Positions 49,181 through 60,641 of a DNA stretch of 64,000 nucleotides are shown one piece after another (the first letter of the stretch is position 1; every line of letters starts with the position of its first letter). Both the position numbers and the translations under genes were made by a program. The notes under the pieces were generated by a model. The model worked only from the letters and a program-made list of their open reading frames with translations. It did not search any database and was not told the origin of the DNA. The DNA lies in assembly GCA_964424195.1 (NCBI GenBank), contig CAYRHT010000001.1, positions 6,102-70,101 on the forward strand, read 5' to 3'. This stretch comes from an uncultured Gammaproteobacteria bacterium. Its GTDB lineage: Bacteria; Patescibacteriota; Patescibacteriia; UBA1558; S5-K13.

Positions 49181-50473
49181 ATGAGTACAGAAGATACAAA
49201 AGACAAAAAGAAAAGTGCATTTAGTAAAATTTTAGAAACTCACGATGAGATTAAATTGCCTAAAGTAGGGGATTTAATTGAAGGTGTAATTGTTTCATTA
49301 GGAAAAAATGAAGTTGTTTTAGATTACAAAGGAATTGCTGCCGGCTTGATTAGAGGTGGAGAAATTCATGATGAATCTGGTGTCAGCAGCGATTTTAAAG
49401 TTGGTGATGCAGCTAAAGCTACTGTTTTAGAAATGGATAATGAAAAAGGTTTCATGGAATTATCTTTTAGATATGCTGGACATCAACAAGCTTGGGAAAA
49501 TTTAGAGAAATTAATGAAAGATGAAGAGATTGTACAAGCTAAGGTAATGGATGCTAACAAAGGTGGTTTAATGGTTAAAGTTGGTAATGTTTTAGGATTT
49601 TTACCAGTTTCTCAATTAACAACTAAATATTATCCTCGAGTAGAAGGTGGAGACAAAGGTAAGATTTTAGGACATCTAAAATCTTTTATCGGTGAAGAAT
49701 TTAATGTCGCTATTATTGATGTTGATGAAAAAGAATCAAAATTAATTGTTTCTCAAAAAGCTGCTTTAGCAGAAGATCAAAAAGAAAACCTAGCTGAATA
49801 CAAAGTTGGTAAACATATTGAAGGTAAAATTACTGGAGTTGCTGGATTTGGTGCTTTTGTAGAATTTGGAGATAATTTAGAAGGCTTAGTTCATATTTCA
49901 GAAATTGCTTGGCAAAGAATTGATAATCCTAATGATGTTGTTAAAGTTGGTGACAAAGTTAAAGCTGAAGTCATTTCAGTAGAAGGTGGCCGAATTTCTT
50001 TAAGTATGAAGAGATTAATTAAAGATCCTTGGGCAGTAATTGCTGAGAAATATCAAGTTGGTGATAAGGTTAAAGGAGTTGTTCTAAAGATTAATCCTTT
50101 TGGTGCTTTTGTAGAATTGGATAGAGATATTCATGGTTTAGCTCATATTTCAGAATTGAGTAGCCATATTATTAATAGTCCAGAAGATGTAGTTAATGTT
50201 GGAGAAGAGTATGAATTTGTAATTATTAATTTAGATACAACTAAGCATAGGTTAGGACTTTCTTTAAAAGCTTTAAAAGAAAAGAAAGTAAAGACAGACG
50301 ACAAAAAGGTAGAAGAGAAGAAAGAAAAAACTGAAGAGGTTAAGGAAGAAAAAGCTCCTAAAGAAGAAGAAACTGAAACTCCAAAAGAAGACCCTAAATC
50401 AGAAGAAGTTAAAGAAGAAAAAGTAGAAGAAGCTAAGGACTCAAAGGATAAAAAAGTCAAAAAGAAAAAATAG
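49181..50473 (+). CDS. rpsA: 30S ribosomal protein S1 (four S1 domains, charged tail)
   Basis: ANKGGL, GFLPVSQL, FGAFVEF...EGLVHISEI, FGAFVEL...GLAHISEL. Confidence 0.93.
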   Translation: MSTEDTKDKKKSAFSKILETHDEIKLPKVGDLIEGVIVSLGKNEVVLDYKGIAAGLIRGGEIHDESGVSSDFKVGDAAKATVLEMDNEKGFMELSFRYAGHQQAWENLEKLMKDEEIVQAKVMDANKGGLMVKVGNVLGFLPVSQLTTKYYPRVEGGDKGKILGHLKSFIGEEFNVAIIDVDEKESKLIVSQKAALAEDQKENLAEYKVGKHIEGKITGVAGFGAFVEFGDNLEGLVHISEIAWQRIDNPNDVVKVGDKVKAEVISVEGGRISLSMKRLIKDPWAVIAEKYQVGDKVKGVVLKINPFGAFVELDRDIHGLAHISELSSHIINSPEDVVNVGEEYEFVIINLDTTKHRLGLSLKALKEKKVKTDDKKVEEKKEKTEEVKEEKAPKEEETETPKEDPKSEEVKEEKVEEAKDSKDKKVKKKK

Positions 50474-50554
50474 ACTTTTAACTTGATATTAATTATTTGT
50501 ATTCTCTAAGTATAATTAGTATCATTAGTATATTAACATTAATATATTAGCATT

Positions 50555-52372
50555 ATGAAAGGTAGCTTAAAAAGTTTTTTAATATTTGTTGTAATAATAC
50601 TAGCCATTGGAGCAGCATTTAGTTTTTATGATATTCAAAAAGACAAAGAAGAAAATATTTCTTTAATTCAATTAAGTAATAGTATTAAATCTGGTGAAGT
50701 AGAGACTATAGATATTTCTGGAGATAATTTAGATATTGAATTTAGAGATGGAAGTCTTAAAAAAAGTCAGAAGGAAAGAGAAGAGTCTCTTACTCAGACT
50801 TTAATTAATTTAGGTGTAGATAGTAAAGAATTATCTACAATTAATATGGAAATAGTTGATGAGTCAGGTTTCAGTTTTTGGGCATACAGTTTATTACCAT
50901 TTTTAATTCCTTTCCTTTTAATTGGATTCTTTGTATGGTTTATGTTCCGAAAGGTTCAAGGAGCTAATTCTAAAGCTATGAGCTTTGGAGAATCTGGAGC
51001 TAAAGAAGCAGACAAAAAAAAGAAGACTACTTTTAATGATGTCGCCGGAGCTAAAGAAGCTAAAGAAGAATTAGATGAAATAGTAGATTTCTTAAAAGAT
51101 GCTCAGAAATTTATAAAATTAGGAGCTGAAATTCCTAAAGGAGTATTGTTATTAGGTTCACCAGGAACAGGTAAAACTTTGTTAGCTAGAGCTATAGCTG
51201 GTGAAGCTGATGTTCCTTTTTTTCATATCTCAGGTTCTGAATTCGTAGAAATGTTTGTAGGAGTTGGTGCTTCTCGAGTCCGAGATCTATTCAAGAAAGC
51301 TAAAAAACAATCTCCTTGCATTGTCTTCATTGATGAAATTGATGCTGTCGGTAGACAAAGAGGAGCTGGTTTAGGTGGTTCACATGATGAACGAGAACAA
51401 ACATTAAATCAAATATTGGTAGAGATGGATGGTTTTGATAACAAAACTAATGTGATTGTTATTGCTGCTACTAATCGACCAGATGTTTTAGATCCAGCAT
51501 TATTAAGACCAGGTCGTTTTGATCGACAAGTTGTTATTGATTTACCAGATATTAAAGATCGGGAATCTATTTTGAAATTACATGCTCAGAACAAGCCCTT
51601 AGAAAAAGATGTTGCTTTAAAAGTTGTTGCTCAAAGAACTCCAGGATTTTCTGGAGCAGACTTAAGAAATGTTTTAAATGAAGCTGCTATTCTTTCTGCT
51701 CGTCAGGATAAAAGAAAAATTTCTCAACAAGATATTTTAGATAGTATTGAAAAAGTAATATTAGGACCAGAAAGAAAGAGTCATATTATGTCTGAAGAAG
51801 AAAAGAAGATTACAGCTTGTCATGAAGCTGGACATGCTCTAGTTGGTCATTTATTACCACATTGTGATCCTATTCACAAAGTTTCAATAATCTCTCGAGG
51901 AAGAGCAGCTGGTTATACCATGAATCTTCCAGAGAATGAAAAACATTTACATACTAAATCTAAATATGCCGATGATATTGCAATGATGTTAGGTGGTTTA
52001 GTGGCTGAACAGATTGTCTTTAAAGAAAATAGTAATGGTGCTAGTTCAGATTTAAAACAAGTTAGTAATTTAGCTAAACAAATTATTACTAAGTTTGGAA
52101 TGAATGAAGATTTAGGTTATCGATCATTTGGACAAGGTGAAGGTATGGTCTTTTTAGGAAAAGAAATCCATGAACGAAAAGATTATAGTGAAAAGACAGC
52201 AGAGAATATTGATATAGAGATTAAGAAGTTAGTAGATTCTTGTTATCAAAAAGCTAAAGATACAATTATTGAAAACAGAGATGTTTTAGATAAAATAACT
52301 AATACTTTATTAGAGAAAGAAACTATTGAAAGAGAAGAATTTGAAAAACTAGTTGGTAAGAAAAAAGTATAA
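50555..52372 (+). CDS. ftsH: ATP-dependent zinc metalloprotease FtsH
   Basis: Two TMs, [26 protein letters not shown]. Confidence 0.98.
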   Translation: MKGSLKSFLIFVVIILAIGAAFSFYDIQKDKEENISLIQLSNSIKSGEVETIDISGDNLDIEFRDGSLKKSQKEREESLTQTLINLGVDSKELSTINMEIVDESGFSFWAYSLLPFLIPFLLIGFFVWFMFRKVQGANSKAMSFGESGAKEADKKKKTTFNDVAGAKEAKEELDEIVDFLKDAQKFIKLGAEIPKGVLLLGSPGTGKTLLARAIAGEADVPFFHISGSEFVEMFVGVGASRVRDLFKKAKKQSPCIVFIDEIDAVGRQRGAGLGGSHDEREQTLNQILVEMDGFDNKTNVIVIAATNRPDVLDPALLRPGRFDRQVVIDLPDIKDRESILKLHAQNKPLEKDVALKVVAQRTPGFSGADLRNVLNEAAILSARQDKRKISQQDILDSIEKVILGPERKSHIMSEEEKKITACHEAGHALVGHLLPHCDPIHKVSIISRGRAAGYTMNLPENEKHLHTKSKYADDIAMMLGGLVAEQIVFKENSNGASSDLKQVSNLAKQIITKFGMNEDLGYRSFGQGEGMVFLGKEIHERKDYSEKTAENIDIEIKKLVDSCYQKAKDTIIENRDVLDKITNTLLEKETIEREEFEKLVGKKKV

Positions 52373-52525
52373 GATTTAAATATATTTTTAAACCCCTACT
52401 TTGAAGTAGGGGTTTTTTATTTACCTAATTTTTAGTATAATAAGTATAGATCATACTAAATGGTATGTGTTGTTTTAGTAAAACAAATTTTAAATAAAAA
52501 TAAATAAATAAATAAAAATAAAATT

Positions 52526-53602
52526 ATGGAATCTTTATATCGGTCTATTTTAAAAAGTTCTTGGAAAATCACTAAAAAATACAAATTTCTTTGGATCTTT
52601 GGTGTTTTTGCTTTATGGCTTGGTAATGGTGGTGAAATGCAAATATTTTTTAAGACATTAAACTTTGTAGAATCTTCTACAGCTACTAAATTAAGTACTA
52701 CATTTGGAAATAATTTTTTATTTCTGAATTTTTTTAATGGCACAGATTTTTCAGCTATTTTAATTGGAATAATATTTACATTAATATTCCTAAGTTTTTT
52801 ATTAATAGGTGTTTGGTTAGTAATTGTTTCTCAAACAGCAATTATTAATGCTGCTAATTCTATTGATGACAAAAAAGAGACTAGTTTTACTTCAGTTTTA
52901 AAATCATCAACTCCTCATTTCTTACCAGTTCTAGGAATGAATATTATTTCTAAGGTTTTAATATCCCTCTTGGTCTTTTTATTACTATTACCTTTGTTAT
53001 TGATTGTTGTTAATACTGGAAGTAAGTTTGCTTTACTATTTAGTATTATAATTTGGGTTCTATTCTTACCTTTAGCAGCTATTATTTCATTTGTGATGAA
53101 ATATGCTATTAATTTCTTAGTGATTAAGAAAACTAGATTTCTGGAATCTATTTCTAAGGCTTGGCTTTTGTTTAAAACTAATTGGTTAGTTAATATAGAG
53201 ATGGCTATCGCTTTATTAGTTATTAATTTTTTAGTTGGTTTGGTAATAGTATATGTAACCGTTGCCTTTGTTGGTCCTTATTACAAAATTGATATTTTAA
53301 CTGTTTATGCTTTTAAGAATCAAGCTTTTGGTTTAGTCTTCTTTAAGATTTTACCATTAGTAGTTATTTATTTACTCTTAGGTTCTTGTTTAGCAGTTTT
53401 TCAAACAGTTTCTTGGACTTTATTATTCAAGAAGTTAGTTAGTGGAAAAAGATATAGTAAATTAATTAGATTAATCTCCTCTCTATCAAATTATATGAAG
53501 GTAGATAATCAAGTTACTAAAGTTTCAGATATTAAAAAAACTAATTCGAATATTAAGAGAAGACCTGGTCGTCCTAAAGCAAAAAGAAAGATTAAGAAAT
53601 AA
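52526..53602 (+). CDS. Polytopic membrane protein
   Basis: SWKITKKYKFLWIFG, about six TM segments, basic tail. Confidence 0.75.
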   Translation: MESLYRSILKSSWKITKKYKFLWIFGVFALWLGNGGEMQIFFKTLNFVESSTATKLSTTFGNNFLFLNFFNGTDFSAILIGIIFTLIFLSFLLIGVWLVIVSQTAIINAANSIDDKKETSFTSVLKSSTPHFLPVLGMNIISKVLISLLVFLLLLPLLLIVVNTGSKFALLFSIIIWVLFLPLAAIISFVMKYAINFLVIKKTRFLESISKAWLLFKTNWLVNIEMAIALLVINFLVGLVIVYVTVAFVGPYYKIDILTVYAFKNQAFGLVFFKILPLVVIYLLLGSCLAVFQTVSWTLLFKKLVSGKRYSKLIRLISSLSNYMKVDNQVTKVSDIKKTNSNIKRRPGRPKAKRKIKK

Positions 53603-53612
53603 ATTAACTTAA

Positions 53613-55313
53613 ATGGCACAGACTATTAATGATCTTTTTACAGATGATAATCAGAAGGCTGATGCATCTTTAAAATTAGAAACAAAATTGGACGAAATCA
53701 AGACTGATGACTTAGAAGAAGAGACTGAAAAGAGAGCCTCTTCTTTAAATTTGAAATATATTAATTTAAAAGGCTTCCCTATTATTCCCGACGCTTTATC
53801 CCTTATAGAAGAGGATCATGCTAAAAGTCTTGGAGTAGTTTGTTTTTATTCATCAGATGAGATTATAAAAATAGCTACTACTGGTCCAGAAAATCCACAG
53901 TTAAAGAGATTAATGAAAGAATTGTCTTCTGAACAAGATAAAACTATAGATGTATTTTTAATTTCCGAGAAAAGTCTAGAATACGCTTTAGATCTTTATA
54001 GAACTATTCCTAAAGTTTTAGAAATGAAAGAAGGAGTTGACATTAGTGAAGAAGATTTAAAGAAATATGAACAAAAGGATTTAACTTTTGATAAGATAGC
54101 TGATCTTTTAAAAGAGGCAGATATTTCAGAAATAATGACTATTATCATAGCAACAGCTATTCAAGTTGGAGCTTCTGATGTTCACATAGAGGCTGAAGAA
54201 GAAGATATTAAAGTTAGATTAAGAGTAGACGGAGTTTTGCATATAGTATCTTCTTTAAAGAATGATTTATGGTCAAAAATTATTTCTCGAATTAAGTTAA
54301 TTTCTAAATTAAAAATTAATATTACAGATAAACCCCAAGATGGTAGATTTACTATTCATTTAAAGAAAGAGGATGTTGATGTTAGAGTTTCAACTATTCC
54401 TACTAAGTACGGAGAGAGTGTAGTAATGCGTTTGTTAAAAGCATCAACTACTAGTTTAGAATTCGATGATTTAGGTATTAAGAGTAAATCTTTTGTAGAA
54501 TTAAAGAATCAAATTAAAAGACCAAATGGAATGATTATTACTACTGGTCCTACCGGTTCTGGTAAAACCACAACTCTTTATGCAATTTTGCAGAAATTAA
54601 ATTCACCAGAGAATAAGATTATAACCCTAGAAGATCCAATTGAGTATCGTTTAGCCGGAGTTAATCAATCTCAAGTTAAAAAAGATCAGGACTATAGTTT
54701 TGCTTCTGGTTTAAAATCAATTTTACGACAAGATCCAGATATTGTTATGGTTGGTGAGATTAGAGATTTAGAAACAGCAGATATTGCTATTAATGCTTCT
54801 TTAACTGGTCATTTAGTTGTTTCGACTCTACATACCAACTCAGCTTCAGCAGCTATTCCTAGATTTTTGGCTATGGGTGTAAAATCATTTCTATTATCTC
54901 CTTCTTTGAATGCTGTAATTGGTCAAAGGTTAGTTCGTCGAATTTGTCCTCATTGTAAAGAAGAAATTACTTTAGATAATGAGATGTTAACAGAAGTAAT
55001 GAATATTTTGAATAAGATTCCAATGAATTCCGGAACTAGATTAGAAGAGGAAGAATTGAACAATTTAAAATTCTATAAAGGTAAGGGTTGTGAAAAATGT
55101 CATGGTCTAGGTTACAAAGGTCGGATTGGAATATATGAAGTTTTGGTAATGTCTAAGGAAATAGAACAAGCTATTCTAGAAGAGAAGGTTTCCGAAAACA
55201 TTATTCAAGACTTAGCTCAGAAAAGTGGTATGGTTACTATGCTTCAAGATGGATTATTAAAAGCTAAAGAAGGAATTACTACTGTCGATGAAGTTTTTAA
55301 TGTAGCTGATTAA
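53613..55313 (+). CDS. Type IV pilus/T2SS assembly ATPase (PilB/GspE)
   Basis: ASDVHIE, PQDGRF, TGPTGSGKTTTLY, LRQDPD, TGHLV, CPHC...CEKC. Confidence 0.95.
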   Translation: MAQTINDLFTDDNQKADASLKLETKLDEIKTDDLEEETEKRASSLNLKYINLKGFPIIPDALSLIEEDHAKSLGVVCFYSSDEIIKIATTGPENPQLKRLMKELSSEQDKTIDVFLISEKSLEYALDLYRTIPKVLEMKEGVDISEEDLKKYEQKDLTFDKIADLLKEADISEIMTIIIATAIQVGASDVHIEAEEEDIKVRLRVDGVLHIVSSLKNDLWSKIISRIKLISKLKINITDKPQDGRFTIHLKKEDVDVRVSTIPTKYGESVVMRLLKASTTSLEFDDLGIKSKSFVELKNQIKRPNGMIITTGPTGSGKTTTLYAILQKLNSPENKIITLEDPIEYRLAGVNQSQVKKDQDYSFASGLKSILRQDPDIVMVGEIRDLETADIAINASLTGHLVVSTLHTNSASAAIPRFLAMGVKSFLLSPSLNAVIGQRLVRRICPHCKEEITLDNEMLTEVMNILNKIPMNSGTRLEEEELNNLKFYKGKGCEKCHGLGYKGRIGIYEVLVMSKEIEQAILEEKVSENIIQDLAQKSGMVTMLQDGLLKAKEGITTVDEVFNVAD

Positions 55314-55342
55314 ATTTTTAGTAAAGAATATAAAATAAAAAT

Positions 55343-56671
55343 ATGGAAAGAAAATCTCCTAAGGCTTATGTAGTTGCTGTAGATATGGGTTATGGTCATC
55401 AAAGAGCGGCTTATCCTTTTTTAGATATTGCTGCTACTGGTCAGATTATTAACGCTAATAAATATCAAGGAATCACTAAAAGAGAAAGAAAAGTTTGGCA
55501 GGGTGGTCGAAAATGGTATGAAATTATTTCTCGTTACAAAAATGTGCCTGTTATCGGAACTACTGCTTTTAGAATTATGGATAATATGCAACGGATTGAA
55601 CCTTTTTATCCCCGAAGAGATTTATCCAAGAATTCAACTCAACAAAAATACTTTTACAAACAAGTGGAAAAAGGTTTAGGTAAAGATTTAATTAAAGAGT
55701 TAAACAAGAATCCTTTACCTTTAGTTACTAGTTTTTTTGTTCCGGCTTACTTTGCAGAATATTATGGTTACAAAGGAAAAATATATTGTATAATTTGTGA
55801 TGCTGATATTGCTCGAGCTTGGGCTCCTCTTAATCCAAAAACAAGTAAAATTAATTATTTAGCACCGAATAAGAGAGTTAAAGAAAGATTAGAGTTATAT
55901 GGTGTTCGATCAGATCGAATCCTTGTTTCTGGTTTTCCTTTACCAAAGGAAAACATTGGTGGTTTGGATAAAAAAATATTAAAACATGATTTAAAATCTC
56001 GTTTATACAATCTAGACCCTAAAAAAGTCTATACTCGTAAGTATTCTAAGCTAATTGAAAATTATCTTTGTCCAGTTAAAGAGATTAAACAAAATAAACA
56101 TCCTTTAACTATTACTTTCGCAGTTGGCGGAGCTGGTGCTCAACGAGACATTGGACTTACAATTGTAAAACGTTTGAAAAAACAAATTAGACAAAATAAG
56201 ATCAGAATTAATTTAGTTGCTGGAGCTCGTAATGATGTTTATTTATTCTTTAAGAAAGCTATTAAAGAATGTAATTTAGACAAATGTAATAATATTAGAA
56301 TTATTTATTCAGATAGTAAATTAAAGTATTTTGAAATTTTTAATAGAGTTTTAAGAACTACTGATGTTTTATGGACTAAACCATCAGAACTCACCTTTTA
56401 TAGTGGATTAGGTATTCCAATTATTATGGCTAAACCAATAGGTTCTCAAGAACACTATAATCGAGAATGGCTTTTAGCAATTGGAGCAGGTATTGATGCT
56501 CAAGATCCAGAATATGTTGATGAGTGGTTATTTGATTGGTTAAATTCTGGTTGGTTAGCAGAAGCTGCTATGCAAGGCTTTTTAGATGCTCCTAAAATGG
56601 GGACATATCATGTTGAAAACATTGTCTTAAGAGGTAAGACTAGTGAAATAGAAGATGTTCATTTATTATGA
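55343..56671 (+). CDS. GT-B glycosyltransferase-like protein (MGDG synthase/UgtP-like)
   Basis: DMGYGHQRAA, SGFPL, VGGAG, LWTKPSE, PIGSQEHYN. Confidence 0.7.
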   Translation: MERKSPKAYVVAVDMGYGHQRAAYPFLDIAATGQIINANKYQGITKRERKVWQGGRKWYEIISRYKNVPVIGTTAFRIMDNMQRIEPFYPRRDLSKNSTQQKYFYKQVEKGLGKDLIKELNKNPLPLVTSFFVPAYFAEYYGYKGKIYCIICDADIARAWAPLNPKTSKINYLAPNKRVKERLELYGVRSDRILVSGFPLPKENIGGLDKKILKHDLKSRLYNLDPKKVYTRKYSKLIENYLCPVKEIKQNKHPLTITFAVGGAGAQRDIGLTIVKRLKKQIRQNKIRINLVAGARNDVYLFFKKAIKECNLDKCNNIRIIYSDSKLKYFEIFNRVLRTTDVLWTKPSELTFYSGLGIPIIMAKPIGSQEHYNREWLLAIGAGIDAQDPEYVDEWLFDWLNSGWLAEAAMQGFLDAPKMGTYHVENIVLRGKTSEIEDVHLL

Positions 56672-57948
56672 TTATCAAGAATCTAAAAATTAATAGGTAT
56701 AAAAGTATTAAGAAGCCTTTGGCTCTATCTTTTTCTAATCTAAATATTTTTATCGGTCAAAATAATTGTGGTAAATCTAATATTCTAGATGCTCTAGAAT
56801 TAGTTTTTGATAAAAAGAAAGATAAGACTAATTTATTCTACCCAGATTCAGATATTGAATTAGAATTAGAACTTGGTTCAGAAAAGAATGTAAATTTAAG
56901 TTTAAATAATAGAAAGAGAAAATTATCTAATGATAAATCTTTAGAATCTTTAAATCAGAAAGTAAAAAGGTTAGATGAAGATACTTTTACTAACTACAAG
57001 CAGATTAAAATAGATTATAATACTCTATTTAAATATCCTCAGGCTTTAAATAAGTTTAAGAAAAATTTAAAAAATCATTTCCCTAAGATTGTGATTGATG
57101 AGAATGCTATGGATCTTAAGTATGAAAATGATGGTTTATATGAAGGTCAGAGAAGAGTAACAATGGATTATTTAGGTTCTGGTTTTGGCAGAATATTTAC
57201 AATTTTACTTTATATCTTTCATCCAGAATATGAAGTAGTGATGATTAATGAGCCTGAAATTCATCTTCATCCAGCAATTATTAAGAAGCTCTTATGGGCA
57301 ATGAAAAGTAGTCAGTCCGGACAGATATTTTTTACAACTCATTCTCCTTTATTTATAACTCCTAGTACTTTAGCTAATGTTTTTAGAGTTAGTCAAGAAG
57401 GAAAAAATACTAATGTTTATTCTTTGAAAGAAGGTAGATATGCTCATGAAAGATTGGTTCAAGAACTAAATGCTGATAATTTAGAGATGTTCTTTGCTGA
57501 CAAAGTTATTTTAGTAGAAGGTTCTTCGGATTTACTGTTAATCAAAGGATTGATTAATATTTTTTACAAAGGGAATAAGGAAATAAAAATTATTCAAACC
57601 TATGGTAAATCAAATACTTCAATATATGCTGATTTATTAAAGATTTTTAAGATTCCTTTTCTAATAGTTTTAGATAAAGATGTTTTAAGAGGACACCAAT
57701 TAGAAGAGCTAATGAGACATTTAAATATAGATTTACCAGATATGAGTGGAGAGAAGTTTATTAAAGAACTGCATAAATTTAATATCTATATTTTCCCAAA
57801 TGGTGCTTTGGAAGCTAATTATCCGAAGAAATATCAGGGAGAAAATTCTAAGGCTCGAAATGCTTTATTAGCTGTTAATCAAATAACAGATGCAGATTTT
57901 TATTCTAAGGGAATGAAGAATCTTAGAGGAATTATAGAGTCAATTTAA
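56668..57948 (+). CDS. OLD-family ATP-dependent nuclease (ABC ATPase + TOPRIM)
   Basis: IGQNNCGKSNIL, GSG, INEPEIHLHP, TTHSP, FFADKVILVEGSSD, LDKD. Confidence 0.88.
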   Translation: MIIKNLKINRYKSIKKPLALSFSNLNIFIGQNNCGKSNILDALELVFDKKKDKTNLFYPDSDIELELELGSEKNVNLSLNNRKRKLSNDKSLESLNQKVKRLDEDTFTNYKQIKIDYNTLFKYPQALNKFKKNLKNHFPKIVIDENAMDLKYENDGLYEGQRRVTMDYLGSGFGRIFTILLYIFHPEYEVVMINEPEIHLHPAIIKKLLWAMKSSQSGQIFFTTHSPLFITPSTLANVFRVSQEGKNTNVYSLKEGRYAHERLVQELNADNLEMFFADKVILVEGSSDLLLIKGLINIFYKGNKEIKIIQTYGKSNTSIYADLLKIFKIPFLIVLDKDVLRGHQLEELMRHLNIDLPDMSGEKFIKELHKFNIYIFPNGALEANYPKKYQGENSKARNALLAVNQITDADFYSKGMKNLRGIIESI

Positions 57949-57963
57949 AAATAATATAAAAAC

Positions 57964-58902
57964 ATGTCTTGGATTTTAGTAGCTGTTCTAGCTTATTTAA
58001 TTTTAGCAGTTGTTAATTTAGCTGATAAGTTTATTTTAGAACAAATAGTTCCTAGAGCTAAAACATATACTTTTTTAGTTGGTTTAGCCGGATTATTAAT
58101 TTTTATAATAGCTCCTTGGACATTATCTTGGCCAGGTTGGAATTTATGGTTAATTACTATTTTAACAGGAGCAACTTTTTCAGTAGCTCTTTTATTTTTC
58201 TATTATGCTTTGAAAAATTCAGAAGCTTCACGTATTACAACTTTAGTAGGTGGTACAGTTCCAATCATGACTCTTTTTCTTTCTATTATCTTTTTCAAGG
58301 AAAGTTTTAGCTTAAGAGAATTAGTGGCTATTCTTTTCTTAGTTGCTGGTACAGTTATTATTTCTATTGTTGATACTAAAAGAACAATCTGGTTTAAAGT
58401 TAAAGAATGGTTTCATATTCCAGCTCCTAAACAAGGTAAAAGTATTTTATTATCTCTTCTAGCAGCTCTTTGTTTTGCTTTGTATTGGGTGGGTACTAAA
58501 TATACTTTTAATAATCAAGAATTTTTAAGTGCTTTAATATGGATTAGACTAGGTTCTTTCTTGGCAGTTTTGGTTTTAGTTCTTAGAAAAAAAGACAGAG
58601 AGAGTATTAAGAAAGATTTATTAAACTCTAATCAGAAAAAGCAAAATAAGTTTATATTTTTTGGAGCTCAAGGATTAGCAGCAATTGGTTCTCTTTTACA
58701 AAATTATGCTGTAGCTTTAGGATCAGTAGTTTTAGTTACTTCTCTACAGGGTTTACAATATGCTTTTATCCTAATTTTTACTTTCCTACTATCCTTATTC
58801 TATCCAAAGATTATTAAAGAGAATCAATCTAAGAAAATAATAATTAAAAAAATAATAGCTATCCTTTTAATTGGCTTAGGGCTATATTTTATAACAACAT
58901 GA
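57964..58902 (+). CDS. EamA/DMT-family transporter
   Basis: About ten TM segments, two repeats, ADKF, YALKNSEAS, FFKE. Confidence 0.85.
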   Translation: MSWILVAVLAYLILAVVNLADKFILEQIVPRAKTYTFLVGLAGLLIFIIAPWTLSWPGWNLWLITILTGATFSVALLFFYYALKNSEASRITTLVGGTVPIMTLFLSIIFFKESFSLRELVAILFLVAGTVIISIVDTKRTIWFKVKEWFHIPAPKQGKSILLSLLAALCFALYWVGTKYTFNNQEFLSALIWIRLGSFLAVLVLVLRKKDRESIKKDLLNSNQKKQNKFIFFGAQGLAAIGSLLQNYAVALGSVVLVTSLQGLQYAFILIFTFLLSLFYPKIIKENQSKKIIIKKIIAILLIGLGLYFITT

Positions 58903-59912
58903 GAATTAATAAAAAAAATATGGGAATTGCATTAATTATACTACTAGTTATACTAGCTTTTTACTATTTAAAATTTGCTAAACATCATCCGCGAGAAATT
59001 AATTTAGATCAAGCTAAGGAAGATTATTGGGGAGTAACATTTTCTAGAAAATTTTGTGATGAAATTGGAGTTGATTGGAAAGAAACATATTTAGCTATGC
59101 TAGATGATTTAAAAGTAAAGAACATTAGAATTCCAATCTATTGGGATGAAGTAGAAATAGAAGATGATCGTTTTGATTTTTCTGATTATGATTTTATCTT
59201 TGATGAAGGAAAGAAACGAGGAGTTAAATTTACTGCTAATATTGGTTGGCGTTTACCAAGATGGCCAGAGTGCCATTCTCCTAAATGGGTCGCTAATTTA
59301 GAAGTTCCTGAAATTAAAGAAAAAACTATTGAAATGCTAAAGCCTGTAGTAAATCATTTTAAACATAGAGATGAAATAATCTATTGGCAAGTAGAGAATG
59401 AGCCTTTGTTAAATTCTTTTGGTATTTGTCCAGATGGGGATGAAAAATTCCTTAGAAAAGAAGTAAAAATGCTTAAGTCTTTAGATCAAAGACCAGTTTT
59501 AATAACAGCTTCTGGAGAATTAAGTTCTTGGAGGCAAGAGTGGGATATTGGAGATATGTTTGGAACTACTATGTATCGAGTTGTTTGGAATCCACTTACT
59601 GGGTATTTTAGATATCCTTTACCAGCTAGTTTTTACAAACTTAAAGCTAAGTTTTTAAAGTTAAAGCCAGGAAATATGATCATTTCTGAATTACAAGCAG
59701 AACCATGGGTTCCTAAAGGTACTTTAGCTAATCTATCACCTAGTGAGTCAAACAAGTCTTTTGATTTAGATCAATTTAAAGCTAATCTTCAATATGCTAT
59801 TAACGCTGATTTAAGTCATTGTTATCTTTGGGGAGTAGAGTGGTGGTATTTAAGAAAAATGAATGGAGCTTCAGAATATTGGGATTTAGCTCAGAGTTTA
59901 TTTAAGAAATAG
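58899..59912 (+). CDS. Membrane-anchored clan GH-A glycoside hydrolase
   Basis: RIPIYWDEVE, WQVENEP (acid/base), ISELQAEPW (nucleophile), LWGVEWW. Confidence 0.8.
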   Translation: MRINKKNMGIALIILLVILAFYYLKFAKHHPREINLDQAKEDYWGVTFSRKFCDEIGVDWKETYLAMLDDLKVKNIRIPIYWDEVEIEDDRFDFSDYDFIFDEGKKRGVKFTANIGWRLPRWPECHSPKWVANLEVPEIKEKTIEMLKPVVNHFKHRDEIIYWQVENEPLLNSFGICPDGDEKFLRKEVKMLKSLDQRPVLITASGELSSWRQEWDIGDMFGTTMYRVVWNPLTGYFRYPLPASFYKLKAKFLKLKPGNMIISELQAEPWVPKGTLANLSPSESNKSFDLDQFKANLQYAINADLSHCYLWGVEWWYLRKMNGASEYWDLAQSLFKK

Positions 59913-59974
59913 ATATAATATAATTTAGATAAAACAAAAAACATCTAGCTTGGCTCGATGTTTTTTAAATACAT

Positions 59975-60631
59975 TTAATCCCAACTTAGAAGGCTATCAC
60001 CGGTAATAGGAATTGTTTCTCCTAAAAATTTTGGTTGAGCTTTGAGAATAATATTTAAATAAGCTTTGAAGCGAGCTGGAATTTCTCGCAATTCGCTTTT
60101 TTTAGCACTGATGTAAATATGTTTATCGGCCGCTACACCAACAGCGTCAATATTTAAACCCTGGGCAATATAGAGAGCACGGGGAAGATGAAATTTTTGA
60201 GTGACAATGATTAAAGAATCAACTTGAAAAACCTCCTTGGCTCGGTAAATACTATCATAAGTGTCAAAACCAGCATGATCTAAGAAAATGTCTTCTGCGA
60301 AGATGTTTTGTTCTAATAAATATTTTTTAACTGCATTTACTTCATCATAATTTTCTCGACCATGATCGCCGCTAACTAATATTTTTTCTACTTTTCCTTG
60401 TTGGTGTAATTCAATGGCAGTTTGGACTCGATCAAGGAGCATATCGCTCATTTGGCCATTCTCATAAACCTTAGCTCCTAAAATTAAAGCAGTTTGTTTA
60501 TTTGGTAAATACTTAGTAATATTTTGGTAAAGATATTTTTTACCAGTATTTTTTACATAAGCGTCAATTGAAAACAAGGATATTGTTCCAAGGATTAGTA
60601 TTATTAGGATTAATTTAATTATTTTTTTCAT
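59975..60631 (-). CDS. SanA/YdcF/ElyC-family protein
   Basis: LILGAKV, LLDRV, LVSGD, DHAGFDTYDS, VTQKFHLPRA, LRE. Confidence 0.92.
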   Translation of the reverse strand: MKKIIKLILIILILGTISLFSIDAYVKNTGKKYLYQNITKYLPNKQTALILGAKVYENGQMSDMLLDRVQTAIELHQQGKVEKILVSGDHGRENYDEVNAVKKYLLEQNIFAEDIFLDHAGFDTYDSIYRAKEVFQVDSLIIVTQKFHLPRALYIAQGLNIDAVGVAADKHIYISAKKSELREIPARFKAYLNIILKAQPKFLGETIPITGDSLLSWD

Positions 60632-60641
60632 ATTTTATGTT

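Noticed and set aside
50280-50470. K/E-rich low-complexity tails of S1 (also S16 and KhpA) as repeat elements
   Set aside because: Protein-level low complexity with no discrete nucleotide repeat unit.
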